From: Adineta vaga
Lineage: Eukaryota > Animalia > Rotifera
DNA: 64,000 bases
Direction of reading: 5' to 3'
NCBI GenBank assembly: GCA_021613535.1
Contig: CP075495.1
Location: 1,240,001 to 1,304,000, forward strand
A program made the translations under genes and the position numbers. This document shows, piece after piece, positions 23,133-35,543 of the stretch. The notes beneath the pieces were generated by a model, which saw nothing but the letters and a program-made list of their open reading frames with translations, was not told the DNA's origin and searched no databases. How positions within the stretch are numbered: position 1 is the first letter of the stretch; each line of letters begins with the position of its first letter.

Positions 23133-25371
23133 TCAACGGGATTTACGATGTACTCCAACTTCAGTTTATATATCTTTGATTTGAAGAAACCGACAATGTA
23201 CCTACAAATAATATTAGAATTCGATCAATAAAATATCATAGATGTCTACAAATCTATCTGACCTTCTTATTAATTACTATCATTAGTATTACGATGACGA
23301 TCAGACATTGTTGTTGACATTTCTGTATCGGTTGACAATGTATTCAAAGAATTTCCATTGCGTATTTCTACCGGCACTAAAAGGCAAGTAAAATGAAAAT
23401 ATTAGAATTTGATTTTTTTCATTCGAAATTTGTTCTGTATAGAGTAATTAACGTATATTCTTTGTACTTACTTTTAGTTAGAATATCTTCGACTTTCGGC
23501 AGAAGAGAAATCAGATGAGTTTGAAATTTACTATGCAAATTTTCGTTGGAAATGTCTTCGATCTTATCTGATTCCATTTCTCTTTCTTGAATATCAAGAT
23601 CCATATGAGATAGCTGATGTTTTTCACGATATTCTTGTATTTTATTAGTATGGAAATTCAGTTGATCATTGTTTGGATCAGAAATAATTGCAGATGGAAT
23701 TTTTATTGAAACTAAAATAGATCATGATTTGATGATAGATATATATTCTTCTTGAAATTATTACTACTCACCGGATTTATCTTCGAAGCATTCCGATGAT
23801 TCGCTAGATTTTTCACATGCTAGAAGAAAAAACAAAATTTTGTTAGATGAATTTCAAACTGATAAATATATCATACGTGATGAATTTTTATCAGTAACAA
23901 ATTTTTCTAATAATTTCTTCCATTGAGTGTCCACTGTAAAAGTCGTTATTACAATCGTATATATATCATTCGAAGAAACTAAACCAAGTGGTTCGTATTG
24001 TTGAGTATCTTCATAATAAATCAAGTATGCACATGAATGAGAATATGACAAACTATCACCGCATTGTAATGGCTGCGATTCAACTACACTATTACTCATC
24101 GAATAAACATAAAATTGAATTGAACAAATCTCGCCGAAAAACCCAAGAGCATCGTGCCAATTTCCTGGTTTAGTTATATCTTCGAAATATACTTCAGGCG
24201 ATTTTCCATTTATTATATTTTTATATTTTGTTTTAATAGTTTGTTGAAGTTCACTTTTCAATCGAATAACTTCTCCTTGATTATACGGACCATTATTGGC
24301 AATTATTTGAATTGATTCAAATAAACAGGATGTCGTTGAATTTGATATTGAAATATTATGAAATTTAAATCGTTTAAGTTGGTCAGAGATAATCGATTTC
24401 ATAGGTATGGGTAACGAAAGTTCGGATAATTTTAAAATTTCCACAAGAGTATACCTAACAAAAATAACATAAAAATATTCATATGATTTTATATTGAATT
24501 ATACATACTTGATCGCATTTTGGAAATTCTTTGTGAACTTTTTATATAATTCTGCACTAGTATCACCACCAATTTTCCACAAGAAAACTAGAAAGCTAAT
24601 AACAGTCTTCATTAGTATAAAAGAATGACCTTGACCAATAGAAAAATCTTGGATGAATTCATCATAACTAATAAGAAATGCACGATCTTCTTCTTCTGTT
24701 AATGGTGATGAAACAGATAAGTAAGCTATATCATAAAAGGGATGATTTTTTGCTGAATATTCCCAGTCAACAATTATAATTTCATCATCAATACAGTAGA
24801 TACTTGAAGGTAATAAATCATTATGTGATGATACCATCTTTTTCCCATCATGTTCAATAAACAAAATCATCTGCATAATCAAATCATAATAGTTTTTTAA
24901 TTTGTATTTTGGATTCTGAGGTAATGAGTCAAATGCTTTTGAAACCATATTTTGAATCGATAAGGAGTTTTGAAATAAAACAGTTTCTTGATAAAGTTTG
25001 ATAAATTGACCAATATCTTTTAAATATTTCATTCTTTTATTTTCATCAAGATTCTTTGAAAAACGTTGTTCTGGAGGTATGAAATCGCAAATTTGATTTT
25101 CAGTACCGTTATATAGAACATTTGTTTTGATTTCTACTTCTTTCAACTTCTCCAAATTTTTCGATTCATCTTCACGTGTGAATGGTGGCCATAAGTTTCC
25201 ATTTAATCGTACGATATAACTTTTCGCATTAACATCAACTTTAACATATTTATTTGTTACACTATCAGGCATATCATATACTACGAATTCTGTATTTTCA
25301 AAAAGAGTAATTCCATAGTTAGCAAAAGCCGATTTTATTTTATCAATTAATTCACTTGAAATCGTTGTCAT
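23133..25371 (-). CDS. Choline/ethanolamine kinase-like (APH superfamily) protein fused to an OTU-like domain, about 6 exons
   Basis: SHNDLLPSSI and IVDWEYS..HPFYDIA kinase motifs. Intron 24455-24508 joins in frame to SCLFES..YFEDITKPGNW..LIYY..QYEPL. Downstream exon boundaries are approximate. Confidence 0.65.
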
Positions 25372-25888
25372 ATTCTAAAATAGAAATGTAAATCATTTGA
25401 ATTTATTGAACAAAAAAGATGATGTATCATATAAGGCCCTCGATGAAGCAAAAAAATGCAATCATTGCATCATGATTCTTTAAAATGTGCACGATAGAAG
25501 CAGAGACGAAATTAAACATACACACGAAAAAGAAAGAAATGTCGATTTTTATTAAATTGAAAATGACTTATTTATCAAACTAGAGTGTTTCAAAGCGTAG
25601 ATTTCGAATAGGAAAGTTTTCTTTGTTCAAAATAAGACGTCTCGTATCATTTTGTTTCTTTTCATAACATCCATTATGAAAGGCTACTCTGTATAGGAGA
25701 TTGATGAAATAAAAGTTTCATCAATTTTCTTTTTTTTTTCTTATAAAATAAACAATGAGTAATTCAATTCCATACAGATGTCACTATTTGTATGAGTTTC
25801 TTTATTATTATGAAATAATTTCTTTTCTTGCTCACATGACGATAAATCACTTGTAAAAAGAGTAAATTTAGTTTTACAAACTATATAT

Positions 25889-26449
25889 TCAACGGAAACA
25901 CCATTGACAACAATAAATAGCTATCAAAACATAATTTACAATCAAAAAACTGAATGTAAATTTATATAGAACAGGATGGCAATAATTATACGTATAGAAA
26001 TGATTGATTTGATCATATTCATGTGTAAGTCGACTCCGTATTTGAAATGTCCAAACACTTCCAAGGATGAGCCATATGAATGAAAAGAACGAGCCAAAGA
26101 CACGTGTTGTTTGTGGAACAATCACAACAACAGTGTCAATTGATGAACGATGATCTTTTAAACAGGTTGATACGATGAGCCCAAATAAAATTGAAGCTAT
26201 AATCCATCCAGATCCAAAACTTGCATATACGATTAAAAAATTACTTATACGAGGTTCAATTGGACAATAACGGGGATCACGATAAAGAATACCAATGACA
26301 AGCATACTGATGAATAAACTAATAGAAATTATAAAACTAATCAGATTAACAATCATTGATGGTCCACTAGCATCCATTGTACGACGAATCCATGATTGTA
26401 GAACAGACGGATGATCTACAGTATTCTGTAAAGGCAAATCATCATCCAT
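25889..26449 (-). CDS. TMEM272-like four-TM protein
   Basis: CPIEPRISNFLIV, WLILGSVWTF and YCHPVLYKFTF motifs. Confidence 0.7.
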   Translation of the reverse strand: MDDDLPLQNTVDHPSVLQSWIRRTMDASGPSMIVNLISFIISISLFISMLVIGILYRDPRYCPIEPRISNFLIVYASFGSGWIIASILFGLIVSTCLKDHRSSIDTVVVIVPQTTRVFGSFFSFIWLILGSVWTFQIRSRLTHEYDQINHFYTYNYCHPVLYKFTFSFLIVNYVLIAIYCCQWCFR

Positions 26450-27227
26450 TTTCTTCTTGATTTTACTTCGAGTTGTCCTTTCAAAATATTATTTGGTTAA
26501 CGAATGACAAAAAAAATAATGATTTATTTATTCTTGAGCAACATTCGTACAAAATGCAAAAAAAAACAAACCTTTTTTCACAGTTAATAGAACACAAAAA
26601 TTACATAAGATATATTAAATGACAAAACTGAAACATGAAGCTTTCTTATAATACAGAAAGTATATGAAAATATTGTAAGAATATATTTGAGATGAAAATT
26701 ACATGAACATAGTTATCCTGTCATCCATGAGCAAACTGACGTGTCAAGAGTGGGAGAGAAGTGCGCAGGACGAATTTGATTGAAAACGTTAGGTTTACTC
26801 GTTTCCCATCTAGAATACAAAGACTTTTTGCTGATAAAAGTTTGCTGTAATCTGATTGACTTGGACAAACGAAGAAACTTTAAGGTAATTTATCGAGTCT
26901 ATAATCCTTTCTTTTACAAGTTAGTGAAACGTTCGTTTTCATACAGTCTCTAAAATTCGAAGCACTTCATGTGGAAAAATAAAGTTTTTCTTTTGAAGAG
27001 GCCAATAGTAAAATGACTTTGTGCATACTGCACAGCGGTATGCCTTTCAGAAAAAGTAAAGAACATATTTATGGTCCATAGAATGCAGAGAAAAAGAAAA
27101 ATCGTCGATTTATTGTTTGATGAGTGTAATTCTTTTGGTTTGATTGAAAGAAAAACGGAAGAAAACGAACGAAAAAAAAATTGTATTCTTTTCGAGTCAA
27201 AATCATGGAAGAACAAAGTTAAAATCG

Positions 27228-29084
27228 ATGGCTTCGGTTGAAAATCCGAATTTAGAATTACTAACATTGATATGGCTCGATAAATTGGCAAATGCTACGA
27301 CAGAAAATCGACATATTCAAGAAAAACTTCGAGGAAAAATAAATTATCTTCGAATATTTGATAATTCTCAAGATTGTGAACATTATATTCGAAATGTCAT
27401 CGATGATAAACAAGAAAAACTAATTTTAATTGTTAGCGGTCGATTAGGTCCAGAAATAACTGAACGTGTTCATGATTTAAAACAAATTGTATCTATATAT
27501 GTTTTTTGTTTTGATCAACAAAAAAATGAACTCTGGGCAAGTAAATATAAAAAGGTTTATCGTTTACATTTTTCGTTTCTTTTCCAAAGAAAAAACAATT
27601 GTTTTTAGATTCGTGGTGTTATTAAATATTTACCGGATTTATTAAATGCAATTGATCGTGATCAGAAAAGTGATGAACAAAAACTAAATGAATCAATTGA
27701 AATTTTAACAACTGAAGATCAAATTTTATCATTACTTTTACAAATAAAATTATCATTACGAGATAAACGAGATTTTTTGGATATTTGCTCGAAAGAATAT
27801 CTCAACAATACAATTGAAATGAATAATATCAATGATTTCGAACATTTATATATTCCATCCAATGCCTTAGATTATTTTTTCAATGAAACATTTCTTTATC
27901 GTTTATTAATGAAAAGTCTTCATACATTTAACATAAAATTATTATATCTTTTAAGATTTTTTCTTCAAGATATCGATCGACAATTACAGATACAATCGAA
28001 AATAAATGGAAAAATATATCGTGGACAATTAATGACTACTATTCAAGTAGAATTTCTAACTCAAATAATAGAAAAACAATTTATTCGATTTAATACATTA
28101 TTTATTGGAAATTTAAATCAAGAACAAGTTCGACAATCTTTACAAAAATCTTATGTTGAAAATAATTTACAAAAAGTTCTTTTTGAAATTGAGGATAAAT
28201 ATCAAATCGGAAGACAATATAAACAATATTGTATATTTCCTATTACTACAACTTTTCGAATCACTTCTGTGCAATTGGAACAACGAATTTGGATCGTTCA
28301 AATAACAGTTTGTAATAATTCGAATCAATTTCGATCGAAAAAAGAAAGAACACCTCTTGACTTAGCTCATTATCTTCGAGAAACGAATCAATTGAATCAT
28401 TCAGAAAAATTATACGAACTTTTCTTAACTCAATATCCATCCCTAAAAGCTGAATGTTACGATGGTCTTGGTCGCATTGCACAAGATAAAGGTCATTATG
28501 ATGTTAGTCTTAGTTTCTACTTAAAATCACTTCAAACAATTTCATTAAAAAAACGTTCAAATTGTTTAAATAATATTGCATGTGCCTATGATTATTTAGG
28601 TCAATATGAAGAAGCAATACAGTTCTATTCTGAAGCATTGAGTTTAATGAAAACTGATCTTGAACAATCCATGTGTTTAAATAATATGGGTATTACATAT
28701 GCGAATGATAATCAATTTGAACAAGCATTCAAATGTTTTCAACGTTCATTAACTCTTCGAAAACCAATTTTAGTTGAAAATCATCCCGATACCGGAATTT
28801 GTCATACAAATCTTGGCGTTGTTTATGCAACTCTTGCACAATTTGATTATGCACTTGAAAATTATAATTTAGCATTAAAAGCTTTTGCATCGAATAAATT
28901 TTATGATATATCACGAGCAATTGTTTATCAAAACATAGCTCAAATTCATCAGCAGAACAATCAAATTGATCAAGCATTAAAACTTTATCAGAATGCACAT
29001 ACAATTTTTCAAAAATTTCGACCTATTGATCATCCAAATCTTCTTTATATTCAACAACAAATCGATCAAATCAAGAAACATTAA
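27228..29084 (+). CDS. Receiver-like + degenerate ADP-ribosyltransferase + TPR protein, 2 exons
   Basis: N-terminal receiver-like domain, then FLYRLL..YRGQLM..VLFEIE ART-like region, then about 6 TPRs (NNIACAYDYLGQYEEAIQFYSEAL). Intron about 27555-27608. Confidence 0.8.
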
Positions 29085-29125
29085 TATAATATACTATGTT
29101 AGAAGATTCTTGAATAGATGTCTAA

Positions 29126-29350
29126 TTCGAATATAGATGTGGATATTTCCAAAAACAAATCGTAACATAAAATTAATTCTTGAGGAAAACATAGTTTTAG
29201 TTGTACGTATCTCTAATTCATATTCGGACATAGATATATTTGTATATGTGAGTTGAGTTAGAATAAATCTATTCCTATTGTCACAGAGAGGACATAGAAA
29301 TACGCTATTTTTTTTTACAATATATTTTCGAAGTTATAACAAACAGCTGA
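29126..29350 (+). repeat. Direct repeat copy A (~220 bp)
   Basis: Near-identical to 32844-33062, e.g. ttaattcttgaggaaaacatagttttagttgtacg...ttcgaagttataacaaacagctga. Confidence 0.9.
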
Positions 29351-29418
29351 ATTCTTATGTATATTCTAACTTACATTAGACAGCTCATGTGTAAGAATAA
29401 ATATATAAAGATTGCTTT

Positions 29419-30936
29419 CTAAATAGATAAAAGAAGTTTCGGATACCAATTATCAATTCGATATAGATTAAATTTGTTTAGATGAATAATTTCTTGTGAA
29501 AGTAAATCTTTCCATTTTCTACCTGTAATTTCCGAAGGTAAAGAAATATATTTTGATTTTTGAAATGATTGATTTGATACAATAATAATAAGTGGACCTT
29601 TCTTATAAATATAAGTATATTGATCAACAGCAATTGTTTGTTGATGAGATCGAAAAAAGATTTCACCATAAAGTTCTTTCAATAGAAATCGAATTTGATT
29701 TAATTTTCTTAAATAATTATAAATCCAATTTGAACGATCATAACCTGATCTCCACAAAGCTTCTCGATTCCATGGATCACCAGCACCATTTTCTACATTA
29801 AGATTTCCTGTAAAATTCTGTTCTGTTCCCATATAAACAATTGGAATTCCATCACTAAACATTAAATAAACAAGTGCATTTTGAATACGTATTTGATTTT
29901 GTGTAAAACTTAAAAATCGATCTTGATCATGATTATCAAGGAAAATACCACATAAAGTTGAATCTTTTAAATCTAATTCATTTTGTTTAACTTGATTTTC
30001 TAGAATTAACATTGATTGTCTTGTTTGATCATTATCTGTAAAGATTGTTTTTAAAATAAAATAAAGTGGATAATGAAAAACACCATCAGCAATTGTTTGA
30101 TATGAACCTACGTAAGATGTATTTGATGATGCAACTTCTCCGAGAGAATAAACATCAGCTGATTGAATAAAATCTTTCCAAAAAGGTTTTCGTACATGAC
30201 GAAATGTATCAATACGAATTGCATCGAATTGATATTTTCGAATGATTTTATTAATCCATGATAAAAATGTTGAAATAACAAAAGAATTTTCCGTATTCAA
30301 ATCAGGTAATGGAACTTGTTCATTACCAATTGAACAATATTCAACCTAACGGAAAAGAGAATGATTATTTTAGTATTTCATTCTCGTTCTTACTTGAGTT
30401 TGATTATTATAATCTTCAATAAAACATAATGGATGATGATAATGTTCAAATTTATTAAATGGAAAATAATTTGTAGTCAAATTTGGTCCAACATGATTAG
30501 CGACAACATCTAACATAATCCAAATATCACGTTTATGTGCTGCAGTAATAAAATCAATTAAATCTTGTTCATTTCCAAAATTTCTATTTAATTCATAGAG
30601 ATGATTTAACCAATAACCATGCCAACCAACTCCATATATTGTTTCTATATCGATATTTGAAGGCATTGGTGAAATCCATATAGCATTAAAACCCATTTCA
30701 GCAATATAATCCAATTGATCAATAGCACCACGATATGTTCCACCACAATAATTTCTTAATGCTTTTTCTGAAAGTGGAGATTCCATACATTGAGTATAAG
30801 TATAATTTGTTGGAGAAAATCGATCAGTAAGTATTTGATAAATTGATCTTGAACGCCATTCAATAGCATTTTTACAATAAACAAATGAAATTAAAAAATA
30901 AAATAAATATCTCTTCAACATATTATTTCTTTTCAT
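29419..30936 (-). CDS. Secreted alpha-amylase, fungal (Taka/GH13_1)-type, 2 exons
   Basis: WRSRSIYQILTDRF, YCGGTYRG, GFNAIWISP, DVVANH, catalytic DAIRIDT / GEV / FLDNHD, and DPWNREALW. Intron 30346-30393. Confidence 0.9.
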
Positions 30937-31173
30937 CGAACTTATTACAAAGAAAATCAAATGACGTGTATTCTACTATATAATATCGGAGGTTATTTAG
31001 TTTATAATACGTTTTTCGAACGAAAAGCAAAAAACAACGCATATATTTTCTTATGTAAACAATTAATGACATCTATCATAAGATGTTTTCGTATTGGATA
31101 ATGTTCAAATCAATGAGTAGATTATTCTGAATTTTTTTTTATTTATTATGTTATTTTTGTTTTTATTCCAACG

Positions 31174-32649
31174 ATGGCGAGTCCCGGTGTCACGGATGAA
31201 TTAAATGATTTATACGAATTATGTATTGATGGTGATTATGCTGGATTGAAATCAGTTTTAGAATCCTCGAATAAAATTGATATTAATCAATATAAATTAT
31301 TTGTATATCGTCCACATAGTTCAAAGCAAACAGATGGTGATGATGATTATCAATCCGATGATGAATCATCAGAATCTGGTACAATGTTTGATTATCGATC
31401 TCCACTTTTCTATGCGATTATTCATGATCGATTAGCATGTGTTAAATTATTAATTGAACATGGAGCAAATACGGACAAATTAAGGTAAATCGATAAAATC
31501 ATTTAATTTTCTTTTAAAACAATAAAGAAGCATTTTAATATTTTCATTTGTTAGACCATGGGGTTTAAATGCACTTTGTTTATCATGTTATTGTGGTCGT
31601 CTTCGTATTGTTGAATATTTTCTAAATTTAAATATTAATCCAAATATAACTGATAAACCCAATGCAACGGATCATTATTTTGGTTCATTATCAAATGAAC
31701 ATGAACATAAAATAAAAATGCGTGAAATGCATTCACGTGTTGCACAAGATATGGGAATGTTTTATTATCCACTTCATATTGCTGCTAAACAAGATTCAAT
31801 TGAATTACTCAAACTTTTACTTAATTATAAACAAAAATTAAATCTAGAAATTCAAGAACCTTATACAAAACGAACACCATTACATATTGCTGCTGAAAAA
31901 TGTTCTACAGAAGTTTGTTATAGATTTTCATGAAGTTCATTTATCGGTTTTTTTTTAATTAGATCATTCGTTTGTTACTTGAAGAAGGTCAATGTGAAGA
32001 AAATCCAATTGATTTAAATGGTCATACACCATTAGATATGGTTTGGAAATTACTTAATAATTTAGATTTTCAATTTGAATATCGAGAAGATACATTAAAA
32101 CTAATGTTAAGTCATAAATGTCGATTTTCTTCATTGAAATCGTTAACAGAATTTTATACGAATTCATTATCATCATTTCGTCGATTTGAATCAAATTTTT
32201 GGATTGTTATTGCTTATGATTTACATTCATTATTTCTCGAATCTTTTAAAAGTAATAAAGTATTACTTGTTCATATATGGGTTTGGTTTAATCGTAATTA
32301 TCAAGATACTGTTATGGAAGATGATGAATTTGATCGACATTATACAGGTAGTATTCTTCGAAATTTAATCCATGTTATGTATGAAAATGAACAATTAACA
32401 TTGACAAATCATGAATTAGTCGAATTATTTACAGAAGATTTAGGAAGTCATTTTGATAAAGCAACCGATGAGATTGATACAATAACAACAATATTATCAA
32501 CACCACTTAAATTAAAACAAATCTGTCGAAATCGTATACGTAAACGACTTTGTTCATCTCATATTGGTGGTCTTAATCAACAAACACTCGAACATTCATC
32601 ACTTTCACCACCATTAACAGAACCATTAAGAAATTTTATTTTACCATAA
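31174..32649 (+). CDS. Ankyrin repeat and SOCS box (ASB-like) protein, 3 exons
   Basis: Multiple ankyrin repeats (PLHIAAK, TPLHIAAE) and C-terminal SOCS box PLKLKQICRNRIRKRL..LRNFIL. Confidence 0.85.
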
Positions 32650-32843
32650 ACATATCTCTTTATTCAATAAGATAATAAACTCGGTCAAATATATATCTAA
32701 CAAACCTTTTTATTTTCGAATGTTATTTTTTTTTTTAAAAAAAAGTAACAATGTAATTATTGTATTTCACTATTTTTTATTCTCTAAATAAAACCAAAAC
32801 CTTTCTTTTCTATCTTACGACCACAAACTTTGTATCCCATCAT

Positions 32844-33062
32844 TTCGAATATAAATATAGATTTCAAAGACAAATCTTAACATAAAATTAATTCTTGAGG
32901 AAAACATAGTTTTAGTTGTACGCATCTCTAATTCATATTCGGTCATAGATATATTTGTATATGTGAGTTGAGTTAGAATAAATCTATTCCTATTTTCACA
33001 GAAAGACATAGAAATGTGCTTTTTTTTTACAATTTATTTTCGAAGTTATAACAAACAGCTGA
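32844..33062 (+). repeat. Direct repeat copy B (~220 bp)
   Basis: Near-identical to 29126-29350. Confidence 0.9.
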
Positions 33063-33263
33063 CGAGAAAGTCGTTTGTATATATTCATGATAATTTACCT
33101 TGATGAGTGTTTTAGAAAACAAACAAAAGAAAATATCATATATAATAGTTAACGTTTTTCATAGAGATAAATAAAAGAATAAATCATGCATAGAAAAATA
33201 TACATAAAAGAAAAAGGTAGAGGATAAAATTAGAAAATATTTTTATCGAAAACAAATTACACG

Positions 33264-34706
33264 ATGGTCGTATCATTGAAAGATTTAGTAGGAGAAAAAC
33301 TTCTTCAACATGATCAATCAAGTGAAATTTCAACAAATGAACTTAATGGCAAATCAATTGCGTTTTATTTCTCGTTAGTTTATTTGTAAAGAACGAAAAA
33401 AAGTTTATTCAATCCATTTGTTTTTGTTATTCTAGTGCATATTGGTGTCCACCATGTCTTGAATTTACACCGAAATTAGTTGAAGCTTATAAACAGATTG
33501 ATGATGAAATAAAAACTAAATTAGAAATTATTTTCCTTTCTTTTGATAAAGATCAAGAAGATTTTAATGAATATTTTAACAAAATGCCATGGAAAGCATT
33601 GCCTTTTGTTGGTACGAAAAAAAAACTAGTTTGTTTTACGCGAAATGATTCATTTGAATTTTAGATCGTGATCATCCAAAACTTCTTGGAGATCGATTTA
33701 ATCTCGACGATTTACCATCTTTAATTGTGCTTTCATCTTCTCTTGAATTAATCACAAAATTTGGTATACCAGAAGTATTAATTGCTCCTAAACAAGCTTT
33801 ACAAAAATGGTCCGAAGGAAAATCATTATTTTGGACTCGTGAACCACTTGAAAATGAATATGTTTGGATGGGTGTCACATGTACAAGTTGTTTTATGAAT
33901 CCATTAGTTGGATCTCGACATGGATCTCAAAATAAAAACTATCCAATGACTCTATGTAAAGAATGTTTAGCAAAGACGAAATATGAATATCCATTAATTG
34001 AATATTTTATTCCAACAGAACAATATTCATTAGAACAATTATTATCAACAATTCCATATTTACTTGAACCAAAGACTAATAAAGAAATTCCAACAAAAAT
34101 AATTGAAAAAACTGATTTAAAAAGTGTTGCATTTTATTTTTCAGCTCAATGGTGTCCATCATCTGAATTTTTTACACCTCTACTAGCAGAATTTTATAAA
34201 GAAATTCAAGAAAAATCTCATCATTTTGAGATTTTATTCTTTTCTTGTGATAAAGATGAAGAATCATTCAATACATATCGATCTAAAATGCCATGGTTTG
34301 CAGTACCATTCAATTGCAATAATATTCTAACAGAATATTTCAGAGTTTTCAGTAAGAAAATTGATTGAATTGTTAAAATTATTTTTTCTTTTATTTTACA
34401 GATATTCCATCAATGATTGTTGTATCATCAGATGGACAAATCTTATCTCGTCGAGGTTTCGAAGGTGTTCAACAACATGGTAGAAAAGCATTAGAAATAT
34501 GGTCACAAGGTAAAAAATTAACGCGTCCTTCACCAGAACAATATAAATGGTTACATGTTGCTTGTGATGTATGTGGTGTGAATCCAGTTGTTGGTGAACG
34601 TTATTCATGTTTAACTTGTGGAAATTATGATCTTTGTTCAACATGTCAAAATAAAGGACATGAACATGAACTTCAACTTCAACCGTTACCAAATGAAGAT
34701 GATTGA
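33264..34706 (+). CDS. Nucleoredoxin-like protein with two thioredoxin domains, each followed by a ZZ-type zinc finger, 4 exons
   Basis: FYFSAYWCPPC and FYFSAQWCPSS with MPW motifs. ZZ fingers CTSC..LCKEC and CDVC..RYSCLTCGNYDLCSTC. Confidence 0.85.
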
Positions 34707-34917
34707 TACGAACGAATTTTAGGAATATTTAAACATGTTGTTATGCCAAGGAAAAATGCTTCTATGTTTTTTACGCATTTCTGAGTTCAATAAGAAAAAA
34801 TGTGATTTTAGACATAGGAAAAATAAATTTTATTCTATTAATAAACGAAAAATTCTTGTATTGTATAACTAATATCATGCACAATTCGTAGGTATAGGAA
34901 AACAAAATAGAATAGAG

Positions 34918-35543
34918 TCAACGTTGATCTTTGAGTACATAATTTTGTGATGATATTGCTTCAGTAATAATCATTCGTAGAAATGGACGAATTGTTGTTT
35001 CTAAAAGAAAGATAAATCTTGTATGAAATTATTTCATAACGAAAAACTGAGTATTTACCTAATTCGACTTCGAATATAAATGATGATTTTCAAAAAGTGC
35101 TCCTATAGTCATTATTTTTCATGGATAAAGATTTAAACTTTGTTACTCATATATGTGAAGGATTTTGAATTATAATCAAAGGTAAACAGAAGAAAACTAT
35201 TCGTATTCTATGGGAAAAGTCTAGCTCAAGTTTCGTGATTTATTTTCGAAATGATATCAAATAGATGAATGTGCATTTATATTCGAATTCGAAAGCTCAT
35301 CTAACTTATATTCATACTTTGTGATTCTTTGATTTCTTCATCTCTAATAAAAATAAGAATTGTTGGAAATAGAATTGCAATAATAACCAAAGTAATTGTA
35401 ATACAAAAAATTGTCCACATACATTTTTTTCTTCTACTTATCACTGGTCTATAAAATATCCGTTGAAATATTAGACAATAATAACATTCAAAATCAACTT
35501 ACCGTTCTTCTACTATAGAGTCTATGGAATCAAGCCGAGCCAT
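34918..35543 (-). CDS. Small single-pass membrane protein, 3 exons
   Basis: Spliced translation MARLDSIDSIVEERPVISRRKKCMWTIFCITITLVIIAILFPTILIFIRDEE...KDQR. Not in the ORF track. Confidence 0.5.
35060..35151 (-). repeat. ~90 bp dispersed repeat, copy 1 (intronic)
   Basis: Reverse complement matches 44635-44723 (atgagtaacaaa..taaatctttatccatgaaaaata..ctttttgaaaatcatcatttatattcgaag.cgaatta). Confidence 0.85.
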
